Assembly: GCF_009914755.1 (NCBI RefSeq)
Contig: NC_060930.1
Reading direction: 5' to 3' (one strand)
Length of the DNA: 64,000 nucleotides
From: the human T2T-CHM13v2.0 reference genome, Homo sapiens
How positions within the stretch are numbered: the first letter of the stretch is position 1; the number at the start of each line of letters is the position of its first letter. The notes under the pieces are model-generated. The model was not told where the DNA came from and made no database searches. It worked only from the letters and a program-made list of their open reading frames with translations. A program made the position numbers and the translations under genes. Positions 1-13,009 of the stretch are shown here, piece by piece.

Positions 1-770
1 TGTATCATGAATGGGATTAAAGCTTGTCAAATACTTTTTTCTGCATCAAACAGTATAATCACGTGCCTTTGCTTGTTTTGATTTTTAATTTGTAGAATAC
101 TTCGATTTTTAAAATATGGATTAAGCCTTGCATTACTGGAATAAGGGAATAAAGTCCACTTAGTTTTAGTGTATTACTCTTCTTATATGTTGTTAGATTT
201 GATTTGCTAGTACTGTATTGGGAATGTTTGTGTCTATGCTCATGGGGGATATTGTTCTGTACTTTTCCTACGGTAACTGTCTTTGGTTTTGGTATCAGAG
301 TAATGCTGACCTTATAATATGAACTGGGAGTCTTCCCCTCCTCTTCTGTTTTCTGAAAGAAGTTGTATAAGATTAATATTAGTCTTTCTTTAAATATTTG
401 GCATGCTTATATTTTAAAAAATCATGTTGACAGAATTGAGGTGTATATGTAAAGTAGAATCAGGAAGGAGGCCACTAAAGTTATTTTCATGAGAGATAAA
501 GCTGTCTTGGCTAAGTAGATAATTATAGGGATGTAAATAGACAATTATGTAACATATATATGTATACTGGGTAGCATTCCAGTAATATGTAGAATATGAA
601 TAGTAGAAGTGGACATTCTTGAATTGTTCCCTGTCTTAGGAAGGAAGCATTCAGTCATCCACCATTAGGTGTCATAGTATGATGTTATCTGTAGGGTGCT
701 TTTTTTTTTTTTTTGAAAAGCTTTTATGAGACTGAGGATATTCTCTTCCTCTTCTAGTTTACAGAGATGT
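1..770 (-). mobile_element. Old L1 (L1M-type) ORF2 fragments, antisense
   Basis: Degenerate antisense L1 ORF2 text ('ttgtcaaatactttttttctgcatc', 'gatttgatttgctagtactgtattgg', 'ggttttggtatcagagtaatgctgaccttata', 'gtggacattcttgaattgttccctgtcttaggaaggaagcattcag'); boundaries approximate. Confidence 0.75.
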
Positions 771-939
771 ATTTACAAATACATGTCGATTTGTATGTGT
801 GTATACACACACACATGTAATTCCTAGGACACTTTCTGATGCATAACAGATAGTCAATCAATGTAGTTTTCTTTTTCATTTCCCCTAAGCTTAATTTTCC
901 CCAGAAAATATAGATATAAATCAGAGTAACTCTTTAGAT

Positions 940-1135
940 CAGAGGCGGCCAAACTATAGCCTGTGGGCTACCTGCTTCTTTTTGTAAATACATTTTTTGG
1001 GGTCACAGCCATGCCATTTTATACAGGTTGCCCATGGCTGCTTTTGTGCCACAACACCAAGGTCGAGCAGTTGCAGTAGATACCATTTGGCCTGCAAGCC
1101 TTCGATATTTACAATCTGACAGAGTACCAACCCTG
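940..1135 (+). mobile_element. MER58A (hAT-Charlie DNA transposon)
   Basis: Starts cagaggcggccaaactatagcctgtggg and ends ccaaccctg; internal 'tttttgtaaata...cacagccatgcc...atggctgcttttgtgccacaac' follows the recalled MER58A consensus. Confidence 0.85.
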
Positions 1136-1204
1136 TTTTTGCAAAGTCTCAGGCTGTGGATGATGTAATAATAGTAACATGCAACAGCTTTTAGCAGATA
1201 TTAT

Positions 1205-1915
1205 CCCACAGAATAAAAGGCAACATCCTTACGATTTCCTACGATGATCTACAACAACCTGCTACTCCACTCTCTGCCTTCCTTAATATGTCTCTGACTT
1301 CATCGCTTCTAACTCCCCCATCACCTACTCCTTGTCAGCTTTCTTATTCTTCTTCAAAAATTTAGACACACTTCCTTTTTGGGACCTTTCTTTGGAGATA
1401 TCCTCTGTCTAGAATTTTCTTCCTTCAAACGTTCCCAAGGGTCATCCCTCATTTCCTTCCTTTTTTTTTTTTTTTTTTTTGCTCAAATCTCTCCACCCAA
1501 CTCCACATTTTAGGAAAAAAACAATGTGGAGGTGCTTCTCGTCTCCCCAAGATCCTCTTCTGTTCAGCCAGATGTTTCCTGTATAAATGTTTGGATCTGC
1601 CTGTTCATTTTGGTGCGTGTTCTTGCTTCTTCTCCCACCACCCATGCCACCTTCTCACTCTGCCCCTGGCCTCCAGCCCACGGAGGACTACCTGGGGGTG
1701 AGGTTCCTGGGCCTTCCCTCTCCTGCCTTTCTTCTTTCTGTTGGTTGTCACTTCAGCTGGCTGTATTGCTTTTTAATATTGCACCAAAAGTTTTTTAGAT
1801 AAAATTTAAAAAAAAGGAAAAGGAAAAAAATTGGTTACAATTTGGTTCTTCTAAAGATATCACATTGTTTCTCTTTCTTAAGTGAAGTCCACCTTGACCA
1901 CCCTATTTTTATTAG
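1205..1915 (+). mobile_element. L2 3' fragment, interrupted at ~1489-1855
   Basis: L2-like text 'agaataaaaggcaacatccttac...ctctgacttcatc...cctcatttccttc...gctcaaat', resuming 'atcac...ccttgaccaccctattt' after the insertion. Confidence 0.6.
1489..1830 (+). pseudogene. Probable processed (retrotransposed) mRNA 3'-UTR fragment; parent gene not identified
   Basis: GC/pyrimidine-rich non-repeat block ending 'gctggctgtattgctttttaatattgcaccaaaagttttttagataaaattt' plus an A-rich tract at 1808-1830. Degenerate polyA signal GATAAA at 1798-1803. Splits a collinear L2. No clear TSD seen. Confidence 0.55.
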
Positions 1916-1979
1916 ATTCAGGGAACTCTAAACTAATCCCTAAAACTTTAGGAATTGCCAAATCCCTAACAATTTTTCA

Positions 1980-2317
<338 letters not shown>

Positions 2318-3863
2318 ATGTACATCAATGCCCAGATTTTGTCATGCCCCAGTATAAATCTAGCGATTTCTATTTGTTTAAACTTCCCCTTTGCTGTACA
2401 TAACCAAAATTCTGCAAGTAGTTCAAAACCACTCAAATATAAGTTGATGTTAGTGAGAAAATAATTGTTATGGTCTTGATTTTTTTTTCTAGTCATCTTT
2501 TCTAAAACTCTTCTAGTGGCAGCTCTGAATATCAGTTGGACTGGTACTGAAGAAAAAACAGGACAAAAAGGCCAGAAGGGTAAGTGCTATCTTTTTTGTA
2601 CCAAAGGACTATTCTTTCTTACGAGGCCTGAGACCTTGTTTGCCCACTGTAACAATTAACTTTCCTCCTCAAAAACTACTACATTAGGAAAAATATCACC
2701 TTCTACCCCAGCTCATCCCTGAATTCTATGATGTTTCTTTCTGAGAATGCCAGCTGAGTGATGACAAGAAGGGAGAATGGAAGATTTGAGAAAAATAAAT
2801 CATGATTTCATTATCTCAGCTTGGACCTTAAGTTCAGGAGGGCATTGTTAATGTTTCCTGATTTCACCAAACCACCTATTACCATGTCAGCTTCAAACAC
2901 GGATAGAGTGAAATGTATTGCTTCCATGGGGAGATCACATTTTCCATGACCTAGTGTATTCAGCTTAAGTCGCATTTTAAAATGTTCAGCGAAACATGGC
3001 ATTTAAAAATCCTGACCCATTTAAGAAAGAGAAACACTGTGATTTCTTTAGAAGAACCACATTGTCCAAAGCAGGACACAGTGAACAGGTTTTCTTCAGC
3101 CAGTCTGTGTAAACTAACTTGTACTTCTGGAGAAAGAAAATGAGAAGAAAACAGAGAAGCTGGTTGCCAGGGTAACCATGTCCTGATTGGAAAAGAGGAG
3201 GTCATGGGGTTTGATATAATTGAAGTAACCCAGCCTGTAGCTGTATTTTCTCCCTCACCTGCTTGAATCAAGGGGAAGGCAAAGTCAGAGAAGAGCTGGA
3301 AGGTTATTATTTAAAGTAGGATAATGTGCAGCAGGAGGTCAAGTATTCTTTTTGAAGAGTTGTATGGATAGGTAAAATAATATAATAATCCCTTATATAT
3401 TAGCGTGAGCACATTGCAACTTACAAACATTTCAGAGCCCGCAGCCCCCTCAGTTGTTAAATTCACCCACATCTTCCAGCGTTCCTTCTCCAAAAGCTCT
3501 TCTACCTGGTCTGCTTCAAAGTGAAGTCATAACTCCTTTTCTTACATTTCTCACATATTCCCCCTTCTCTTCCATTCCCACCTTCATTTACCACACTCCA
3601 CAGCTTGCTTTATCAATTCCAGTCTGGATTTTGGCAGCAGATTACTGTCTGGTTTCCTTGATTCCAGGTCCCTTTGCACACCAACTGCAATCTCTCTCCT
3701 CCATTTCCATTAGGTTAAAATGAAATTAGGTAACATATATGAAGTGTCTAGCATGGAGTTAAATAAATGCTATTCCTTATTTTTACAATTCAGTTTAGCA
3801 AACTTATCAGACAGCATTTCCTGCAACAAGACCAGTCACTGCTTTGAATAACTATACAACATT

Positions 3864-3930
3864 CATATGTATATATGAACACACACGCACACACACACAA
3901 CATATTACTTTATACACACATATATAGACA
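3864..3930. repeat. (TA)n/(CA)n low-complexity tract
   Basis: catatgtatatatgaacacacacgcacacacacacaa...tatacacacatatatagac. Confidence 0.7.
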
Positions 3931-4699
3931 GAGGGCAACAGAGGCTGTTCAACAGAAATCCATTGATTAACCTCAAGGGATTTGGATTCTCTGAAACGTA
4001 TGCATCCATACAGGTACTTTTGCTTTGAAACATGAAAACCCCCATTCTCCCAAGCCCAGCTTCAGTTTCCAACCCTAACTAGAACTCCTAGTTCCAATCT
4101 CAGCCCGAGCACTCACCCCACAACTCAACCCCAGCTCTGAATCTGGAATCCCAGGTGGTGTCCTCCGTTGTCAATAGAGTTCTGTTCAGCATTCACAGGT
4201 CTCTCCATGCAGCCTTGCCCACCTCACCAACCTAATTTCAAATTGTTCAAGACCCATCTCCATGTTCCTGTGCTGGTGACCTTCCCCCAGCCCTGAGGAG
4301 ACGGGTCTTCCTGCTCCCTTTCCTCATACCCAGTCTATTCTTTGAAGGTGACCTCCAGCTTCTCCCATCCCATGGAAAATTCTCTGACTGTAGTTCACCC
4401 TGATTCTGCCTTTTTTCTCTGGAAACAATTTACCACCCATGCTAGGAGTATAATATTGTTATATATACACAGGCAAGAGGGCATGGGACACTATCTAATT
4501 AACCAAGTAATTGGGATTGAAGTGTGAGAAAGTGAGTAAAGATGGAAAGCTAAGAGGAGAAGCCTGAGTGATTATTTGCTTGAGGCTTGTAAACCCACTA
4601 TTGACTTACTTGGTGGCTAGCCTAGGCCAGAGAAAACTCAGTGTGCATGTGGAGCTCCATATGGAATCAAGCAGCTAAGAAGCACTGAAAGTTTTCTCT

Positions 4700-4910
4700 G
4701 TGCCAAGAACTGAGGTAAGCATTTTATCTATATAGTATCATGTAAACCTCATGGCAACCCCATTAAATGCTATTGTTATACTATCTTTATACCAGTTAAT
4801 CAGATGAGAACTCAAGTCTGAAATAATAGCTTAAGCAATGTCATATGTGTAGTAAGTGCTGGGGTCAGGACTAAAATCTTATTTTGCATGACTTCAGAAT
4901 CTATGCTTTT
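4700..4910 (-). mobile_element. MIR
   Basis: tgtgccaagaactgaggtaagcatttt...aacctcatggcaacccc...cagatgagaactcaag...tgacttcagaatctatgctttt, the antisense MIR core. Confidence 0.7.
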
Positions 4911-7504
4911 GATTCTGGATCCTGTTTATGCACCTCTTTGGGCTGTATAAATGATGACAGCACTGCTTTCCATTCATAAATTTTTTTTTTTTATAAATTC
5001 AATCATTGACAGATTTAATTGTCCTAAAAATACTTTCATGCAGAGGTGTCTAACCAATGTCCTGAGCTGCCTGTTTAGGGGCTACCCGATTCATACTGAC
5101 TTTGGTGATAAGTTTGTGTCCGTTGCCCTCCACAGAAGGCCTTTTTGCCATCTTCTATTATCTCCAATTCCATTCTTATTAAATAGGGACATCTCTTCCT
5201 GCAGGTTTTGCTTTTACAGTATTTTGTGAATATGAAGGATTCTGTTATTTTCAATCATTTCTGATCTACTGATCCTGGATGTAAAGAAAGAGCCAAAGGA
5301 ATTGATGTCAATAAAACTGAGGTCAATCTAGAAGTGTTCAGTGTTCATAGTACATGGTAATTGCCATAAAATCCTCAGTGCTCACAAGAATACTTTAAGA
5401 AATCTCCAAATTAAAATTGAAGAAAAGATAGAGACTAAGTTGGGAAATATTATAAAAGGCAAGATGAGAGAACTTGTGTGCTTTTGTTTTGTTTATGTTA
5501 ATATTACATATAAACCTAGGTAGAAAATACAGCCCCTCTGAGCTAGGATGAAGGCATCAAGAACTTCCCCTTTCAGCAGCCCTCAAGGGAGGGACATGAA
5601 GTGGGGAGGATCTGCTTGGCAGGGGTAACAGTTTTATTACTGACACTGTTAGAATGGCTGGTGCATGGTCATAATAAAAACCAGACCTATTTTAGTGAGG
5701 TTTACTGTCATTTTAAAATTATCTACAGACAATGTACCTCCTTATTGCCTGTACTGGGGTGTCCCACTCCTCCCAACCTCCCCACCATATGCCACTGCCC
5801 ATGTAATGCTAGAAGAGGTCAGGACCTCAATATCATGTCCCATGATTACTTGAGCAAGCCAGTCTACATCTTCTGTATAACACAGGAGAACCCAAGGGTG
5901 ACACATAAACAATGGGCCCACTATGGGTGACAAAGATAAGGAATTCTACAATATTTAACATATAAGTTTTAAAAACATTTAGAAATAATTTTCCATGAGA
6001 ATTTCTACAGTAAACATTCTAAGATTTCAGTATTTTCTTCTGAGTCACACTAATTATTGAGTCTGCTTTACTCTGGACATTGGAATATATGGAAACATTA
6101 TTGGCGAGGGGTAGAAGGCAAGGAGCAGTTGTCACCGGGAAAGGTTAATTGTGTATTTCTCTTAGTGGAATGATTTAGAGAGTTTAGGAAAAGAGCATGT
6201 GAATATAGCAACCTCCCTACCGTATACACTGTTTCTGATCAAAATTAATGAGTTGTGATCAAGTCAGATAAATGAATAGCTAACTAATTTTTTTTTAAAG
6301 TTCTTCACTGTTCCCTCCAAGTTGGAAAATGCATCTACTTAAGTACACCAACACAATCCAAGAAACTGTCAGCAGGGATTATCAGGGCAGCCTCTTAAGA
6401 TTTGACCCATTGCCCAGGAGTCCACACATGACCTTGATCTCCCCGGTCAAACAATGTCTATAAATAATGCACTAAGCATTTTCACATGTGGGGTGAGCAA
6501 CATTCTTCATATTTGCTCATGAATTCACATTGCTTCTTATGACGCTGCTTCAGTTTTCTGTGTAGTTACCTTTAAAAGGTTGATTACATGCTTTCCTTTA
6601 AAATGAGAGCATTGTGTCTGTGAATTTCAATATAAAGCCTAGGGCTGTGAACTGGAAGAGGAAAAAAAATAATAACATTCCAGTAACATCAAGTTAAATG
6701 TTTGATGAGTTTGTTTTGATAAAAACAGTTTATGTTTTTACTACTTTACATGTAAAATGAATGATTGCCAATCAGAATAGAGCCATTATTTTTGCATCTC
6801 GTTCTTAGATGGTTCTCAGTAGGGCATTCTGGAAGTCTGGATTAGCTGTCCAAGAATATTTTACAGAAGCTAAATTTGTCTCCTTCCAAATCATCTGCAA
6901 ACCTCCAGGTTTACACAAACACAATGAAAAGGGTTCTTCATTGTATTAGGAGCTTTTGAGTTGGTTTTGTTTTCCTTCCAGTTATTCTACTCCCTGTTAG
7001 TGGGCAATATACATAGGGCTGTGAGCTTTCATCTGACCATCTCCGTCTAGAAAATCCAGGTTAATGTTGCATAAAAGCATAGCCAATCTGCTGGAAGAAA
7101 CATAGGATTTCAGAAAAGAATAAGCTAATGGCATGACTGAATTCTTTTCTTTTCTCAGAAATACACTTTTACCTTACCACTTAAGCTTAGACTTTTGGCT
7201 CTAACAAATTTTCTTTTGTAATGAAACTATATCTATCTGAAAAACAACCATAACAAACAAAGAAACAAAACAGAGACTGGCCCCCGTACCCGCTACACAC
7301 AAAAAAACTCACAATGCCTGAATTTTCTATATCATTTAACACATTTTTTTCATTACCAGCTTTAATTGTATATCAGCTTTTCTGAATGAACCTTGTACAA
7401 AATGAAGGGATTTTATTTGCATGTTTTATTCCATATTGCTATGGACAAGAAAAGATTGTAATGGGGGAGGGAAGATGTAAAATGGACTCTTCAAACTGGG
7501 GTAT

Positions 7505-7521
7505 TACTGCCATCTAGTGTG
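7505..7521 (-). promoter_or_regulatory. Candidate CTCF binding site
   Basis: Minus strand reads cACACTAGATGGCAGTA, close to the CTCF core CCASYAGRKGGCRSY (mismatch at the first core position); lies in unique sequence. Confidence 0.45.
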
Positions 7522-8147
7522 ATGCACTGTAACCCAGAGGGGAAGGAAAAGATGATCTGTGAGACAATCCAATCTGAAATTGTAGGAGTTTGAGGGAGGG
7601 AAGAGAGCACTTCTCCGAAGAAATAGCCACCACCCTCCCGCATTCACCATGTAATGAATTCTTTCTCTACAAAAGCATTAGTATGTGGTCAAACAATACA
7701 AAGCAGTCTGTTTTGCCCAGCAAAATGGAGAAACCCTGGTCAATTCTAAAAGCAAGTTCTTTATGAGAAGGCACGTCCCAACTGTAAAGGTTGTTAAACA
7801 GCAGGAATGATTTATTCAAAGGAGGGATGGCCATATCCTTTGAAAACAGTCCAGATAGCCATATGTCTACTGCTTTCTGTAAGGACAGTCACGTTTGCAC
7901 AGAGACAGGCAGACAGTCTTGATGGCATCTTTGTTCCCTTTCAAGCTTTCTGATTATATATAACAAAAATAATATTTGTTATTTATGCCCATAAGTGGTT
8001 CATAATATATGTGTTGCCCACAGAAATATTATATTACTGAAGCCCCACCATGTAGGATTGTAAAAATTAAACCTAATCACAAACATGGGGCAAGATACAT
8101 GAAATTCTAGCCCAATACATGTATTTATTTTTGCTTCACATGGCACA

Positions 8148-8182
8148 AGATATATATATATATATATAACATATATATATAT
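8148..8182. repeat. (TA)n microsatellite, interrupted
   Basis: agatatatatatatatatataacatatatatatat. Confidence 0.9.
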
Positions 8183-9445
8183 AAGGACGGAGCGATGAGG
8201 GGAGTAGTATCTTCTTTCTGTAACCCTCCATAGTCCTCCTCCCCTGCCAAAGTTTTGTTTGGTTCTGGCACAGATTCAGTGAGGTATTAGCTGGTACCTT
8301 TGTAGCTAATAGCCAGCACTGATTCTTCCATTCACCATAGGACAATTCTTCAATTCTTTATTTCACTAACTGTAACTCCCACTACCCCCACTAACATACA
8401 CGCATTATCATTCCCATCCTGCGGGGGTTTGTGATTTTAGAAGCTAAGGACTTTGGTGCCCTGGTTATATTTGAAATCTGTGACTTTAAAAGCTCAAAAG
8501 GCAGAAACCTGCAGGGATAATGAGAGCTAATTTAAAGAATCATAAGTATAAAATCTAAGCTCAGAGGAATTTTAAGTCATTACCTATGTCAAAGTAACCT
8601 AGAACTGCAGGCTATTTTTGCTGGTTTCAAAAGTGACCTGTAGCTCCAGGTGTCTTGAATTAAAAAAAAAAAAAAAAAAAAATCACTCTGTCCTACCCTG
8701 GGCTCAGGACACATTGAAGGAGTAAATGCATTGCCAGCCAGGCACCAGGTAGAGAAAATGGAACTAGGAGGAAGTGCCAACATCATAGCCCAGGCTGGCA
8801 GAATTTCCAGCTTCTCAGGAAATCTTTTGGACAGAAAAGTGTTAATGGGCTAGAGTAGGTTTCTCAGGTTTTTGTAGCCATCTGTGTTTGAGAGGGGACT
8901 TCTGGTAAACTTTCTGCTGGTGTTCTCTTTGCCTGTGCACAAGAAAAGCAATAGTGGGAGGTTAATGCATATTTTATCACATTCATACAAATTGGGGATC
9001 AGATTTAACTGGTTCTACATATTATTTTCAGGAGCCAAATAAGGATTAAGCTCCTTTTCACTGGGCAAGGAGAGAGAGGCACAGAGAACTGTTAAGTCTC
9101 AGGTCCATGCAACCTAAGGACCTGCTCTTTAAACAGAAATAAGTGTGCCGCAGAGTTGAATATAAAGGCAAATCTATTAATTCATCATTAAACATAGATC
9201 AGGAATCAATAACATTTTCATCCTAGCTATGGCAGGATTAAAGTCTGCTTGCCTCATTAGAGACCATAGAATTGAAAACTGAGCTTGCGTAAAAACATTT
9301 CACCCCTCCTTTTTCTTCCACCAAAGTCTGAACTCCCCAGCCTCCTCACCTCATTTTTTCCTGCTGCTCTGTATTTGTCTGTTTGCATCTGACATGAATA
9401 ATGCTGCAACCTGGAGAACATGCGGCCCTCTGGTAAGGCACTCAC

Positions 9446-9555
9446 CCAGCTTTTCTAGGATTAATCACAGACTAAAACACTAAATAACATACTGATATAT
9501 TAACTCCATTAAAATCTAATTCAGTGGCAATAACTTTTAGAAAGCCAACAAAGGG
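9446..9555 (-). other. Candidate non-coding exon (110 nt) of a minus-strand transcript
   Basis: Acceptor cttttctcactttgttcttcataag|CCC and donor TGG|GTGAGT; stops in the frames tested, so non-coding if real. Confidence 0.3.
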
Positions 9556-10064
9556 CTTATGAAGAACAAAGTGAGAAAAGACCAAAAAAGGTAAATCAGT
9601 GCTCTAACTGAAAGTAAATCAGAATCAAAGACAAGAGTATGAATTAAAAGAGGCCCGGATGGAGTCCCAATCTGTACTACAAACCCATATATTCTTGCAA
9701 GATTTATCCTTGAATCTATATATAAGTGTAATCAAATAATATTGATGTGCTCTCAGCTGATGAGAGGCTTTCAAATGTTAGGACATCCTGTTCAAAAGAG
9801 CTAGGCAATGTAATGTTGCCAAAGGGATTTCATGTTTGCTTTCAAAGACTCCTATTCATGAGTTTCATTGTGGATATTCATTAATCCATTCCTTTAAATC
9901 TGTCTACATGAAGGACGCTCTTCTAGATCAGTGCATAAAGGAATGAAGAAATCAGGCTATATCCAGGTATCCAAGAACTTGCAGGGATAAAGAACACAGG
10001 GAATAGCACTGAAAAACACCCTAAAGCAGCAGAGAACAGGGTATTATTCATTTGAGAAGTACCA

Positions 10065-10281
10065 AGAGGAGACAATGTGAAGACAGAAGAAGGAGAAGGC
10101 CCTCTGCAAGCCCAGGAGAGAGGCTCAGAACAGATCCTTCCCTCACAGCCCTCAGGAGGAACCAGCCCTACCCACACCTTGATCTTGGATTTCTAGCCTC
10201 CAGAACTGTGAGACAACACATTTCAATTGTGTAATTCACCCAGTTTGTGGTACGTTATTACGGCAGCCCTAGCAAAATACA
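10065..10281 (+). mobile_element. MLT1 (MLT1B/C-type MaLR LTR), 3' part
   Basis: gaacagatccttccctcacagccctcaggaggaaccagccct...cttggatttctagcctccagaactgtgagac...gtttgtggtacgttattacggcagccctagcaaaataca. Confidence 0.88.
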
Positions 10282-10860
10282 GATTCTGGATCTGTATGAT
10301 TGACTGGATCTGGTGTCTGATGCAAGAAATATGGACGAGATTTGTACCAGCAGCAAGGGAAATAGCATGCCAGGAGGCTGGAGCAGGATGAGCCAAGGAC
10401 CTAGGTGGAAAGTCACTAGAGACTTCAGAGCACAGTATCCAGATGATCAGAGATACTGCCCACATCATCCCCAAAGGTGCCATTTATATGGCTTCAATCC
10501 CGATTTGATACAAAGTGGAAAACCTTCAATCCCAAATTGTTTTTCACTGGAAATTTGCCCTCAAATTTGGCAGAGTTTTGGACAAGGATGAAAAAAAGAA
10601 CTGGTGGAACAATCAAGATCTTTCTGAAAAGTTTTTTTCTCCCACATTGTATATGGCAGTTGGTTAGATTTAGTGAATGATAAGCTTTTAGATAAAAAAT
10701 GGGAAACTAAGTAAGATAGGCAGCATTTGATTTCATTTAGCTGCTGTCTCTGTCTTAGCATGTCATCAAGAAACACAAATTAATACAGATTGAATGTAGC
10801 AAAATTGAAAGACTAGAAGACGAATATTGTACTTTTTCTTGAGCCCCACAAATTGCCTTG

Positions 10861-10862
<2 letters not shown>

Positions 10863-10900
<38 letters not shown>
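10863..10900. repeat. (GT)19 microsatellite
   Basis: Perfect GT run of 38 bp. Confidence 0.98.
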
Positions 10901-10903
<3 letters not shown>

Positions 10904-11014
10904 CTTGCCTGGATTTTCCCTGGTCTGGTTAATTTAATCTGGGATACTCTCAAATCCTAGTTGGTAAATCTGCTGAACAATGCTGCAAAAGAGCGTCTGT
11001 GTGGACCCATAGAT

Positions 11015-11160
11015 GACGATTCACATTCTCACCAGACTACTCACTAACATTGTGACTTCGGGCTACTTCTTTCTTCTGAACTTCAGTCACTTCATCAGTA
11101 CAAGTGTGAATTTAAAATACTCGCCTTGCTTATCTTAAAACGTTATTGTGAGATCCAGGT
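11015..11160 (+). mobile_element. MIR
   Basis: ctcactaacattgtgacttcgggc...tctgaacttcagtcacttcatcagtacaag...gttattgtgagatc. Confidence 0.6.
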
Positions 11161-11471
11161 GGTATTCAGTAATTGAGAATGTTTAGTAATAGCAAAAATA
11201 TGATATCAATAAGAGGTCACTGGGCCACTACACTTTAAAAGCATATTAGAAATTGCTGCCACTTTCAGTTTTTGAGGATCAGTGCATTTTTATCTCCTTC
11301 TCGTTGATGGCATCAGAATCATTGTTTGTACTGACCTCGTGTTCTTCAACAAATGTTCTGATGTAAATAAAAAATATGATCTTGATACATAGAGTGCTCA
11401 AAGCTATTCAAGAGTAGATCCGTAGCTTTGGGTAAATACCAGAAAATTACATATTTGACTAGAGCAAAAGG

Positions 11472-11495
11472 AAACAAACAAACAAACAAACAAAA
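11472..11495. repeat. (AAAC)5 microsatellite
   Basis: gaaacaaacaaacaaacaaacaaaaaa. Confidence 0.9.
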
Positions 11496-11830
11496 AATCA
11501 GTGTTTTATACACTCCTGAACATCAGTTACGTCGCATCAGTCATCAAGGAACCAGGTAATTTGCAGATTGGGTAAAACAAGTCTGGAATTTAGGACGTGA
11601 ATCCACAAAAGGCATCTTAAAATATGCTTGTGAGGATCCTTTGAGACTTTGCTGAAAGTTATAGAAAAGGAAAGAAACAGATTACACTGAACATAGTAAT
11701 GTTTATCTTGGCCTCTTTCTGACTCTACACTTCTCCCCTACTAATTCACTTGCCTTCTTTAGAAAGTTGGTGCCTTCATGAGGTTTGTCAGAATTCAGGA
11801 CATCGTAAATTCTCTGAGACAGTTCTTTCC

Positions 11831-12139
11831 TATTTATTTATTTATTTACTTATTTATTTATGACAGAGTCTTGCTACGTCACCCAGGCTGGAGTGCAGTG
11901 GCATGATCTCAGCTCACTGCAACCTGTCTCCCAGGTTCTAGCGATTCTCATGTCTCAGCCTCCTGAGTAGCTGGGATTACAGGCATGCGCCACCATGCCT
12001 GGATAATTTTTGTATTTTTAGTAGAGGTGGGGTTTTGCCATGTTGACCAGGCTGGTCTCGAACTCCTGACCTCAGGTGATCTTCCTGCCTTGGCCTCCCA
12101 AAGTGCTAGGATTACAGGCGTGAGCCACTGCGCCTGGCC
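11831..12139 (-). mobile_element. Alu (AluSx-like) with (TTTA)n tail
   Basis: (tatt)n then gacagagtcttgct...ctcctgacctcaggtgatc...gagccactgcgcctggcc; flanking 'ttctttcc' repeated as a TSD. Confidence 0.97.
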
Positions 12140-12494
12140 CAAATTCTTTCCCTTTTAATCTGACAATTATGGCTTGAGAGTCTACTTTTGCAAAGCATCA
12201 TGATAAGAAGTATTTAAAATGTGGAGCTGGAGGCCAGAGGAAGATGTGTATAAACACAAACATTTCTATGACATTTTCAATGTGTTTATTGTGCTCTAGG
12301 TCACATGCTAATACAATATTTGAGGACAGAAAATATCAGGACAATGTAGAGTGCCATGAAGCAACACAGACACCTTTTTTTTTTTTTTTTTTTTTTTTAA
12401 GAGCATGATTTGGAAAAGAACTATTTGGGGCCAAATTGTGAATGGTCTGAGGGAGTTTGATTTCTTTCTTCTAACCAAGCCCACTGAAAGTCAT

Positions 12495-12551
12495 TGACAC
12501 AAAAGCTCATTTAACATTAAATGACACAAAAGCTCATTTAACATTAAATGA
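12495..12551. repeat. Perfect 27-bp tandem duplication
   Basis: tgacacaaaagctcatttaacattaaa x2 (12495-12521, 12522-12548). Confidence 0.95.
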
Positions 12552-13009
12552 GCATGTAAGTTGGTAGTCAAGGTTTCAAAGGATAAGTCATGAGGATTTG
12601 CACCCAGAGAATGACAGGAAAAAAGGAACACAAGAGAGCTACAACAGAGAGAATCAACATGGCTTATCAATCGAATGGATGTGACCATTGAATGCATGTG
12701 ACATGAGAAGTGAAGGATCACAGTAATTCCAGATGATGAACCCAAATGAAGGCAAATCTCAAGGAGAAAAGTTGGTGGGAGAAGCAGAACTAAGCACACC
12801 AGCTCTTTCTCAGAAAGGTTCTAATCAAGCGATTGATTCTCCCAGAAAAGGAGGGGCAGAGAGAGGTCAATGGTATCAGTCTAATAGGAAGTTCTACCAC
12901 CTGGAAATGGAAAAGATGTGGTAGTTCCCCCTACCCCACATGGAAATTATAATATTTATTTGAAACAGATACAATGTAAAGAAGCAGGCCAAACCCAGAT
13001 CCTTATCCT

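Noticed and set aside
2493-2585. Plus-strand exon ending AGG|GTAAGT, plus other isolated donors (26102, 36429, 45619)
   Set aside because: Isolated consensus donors are expected by chance in 64 kb, some lie within repeats, and no consistent plus-strand exon chain or frame emerges.
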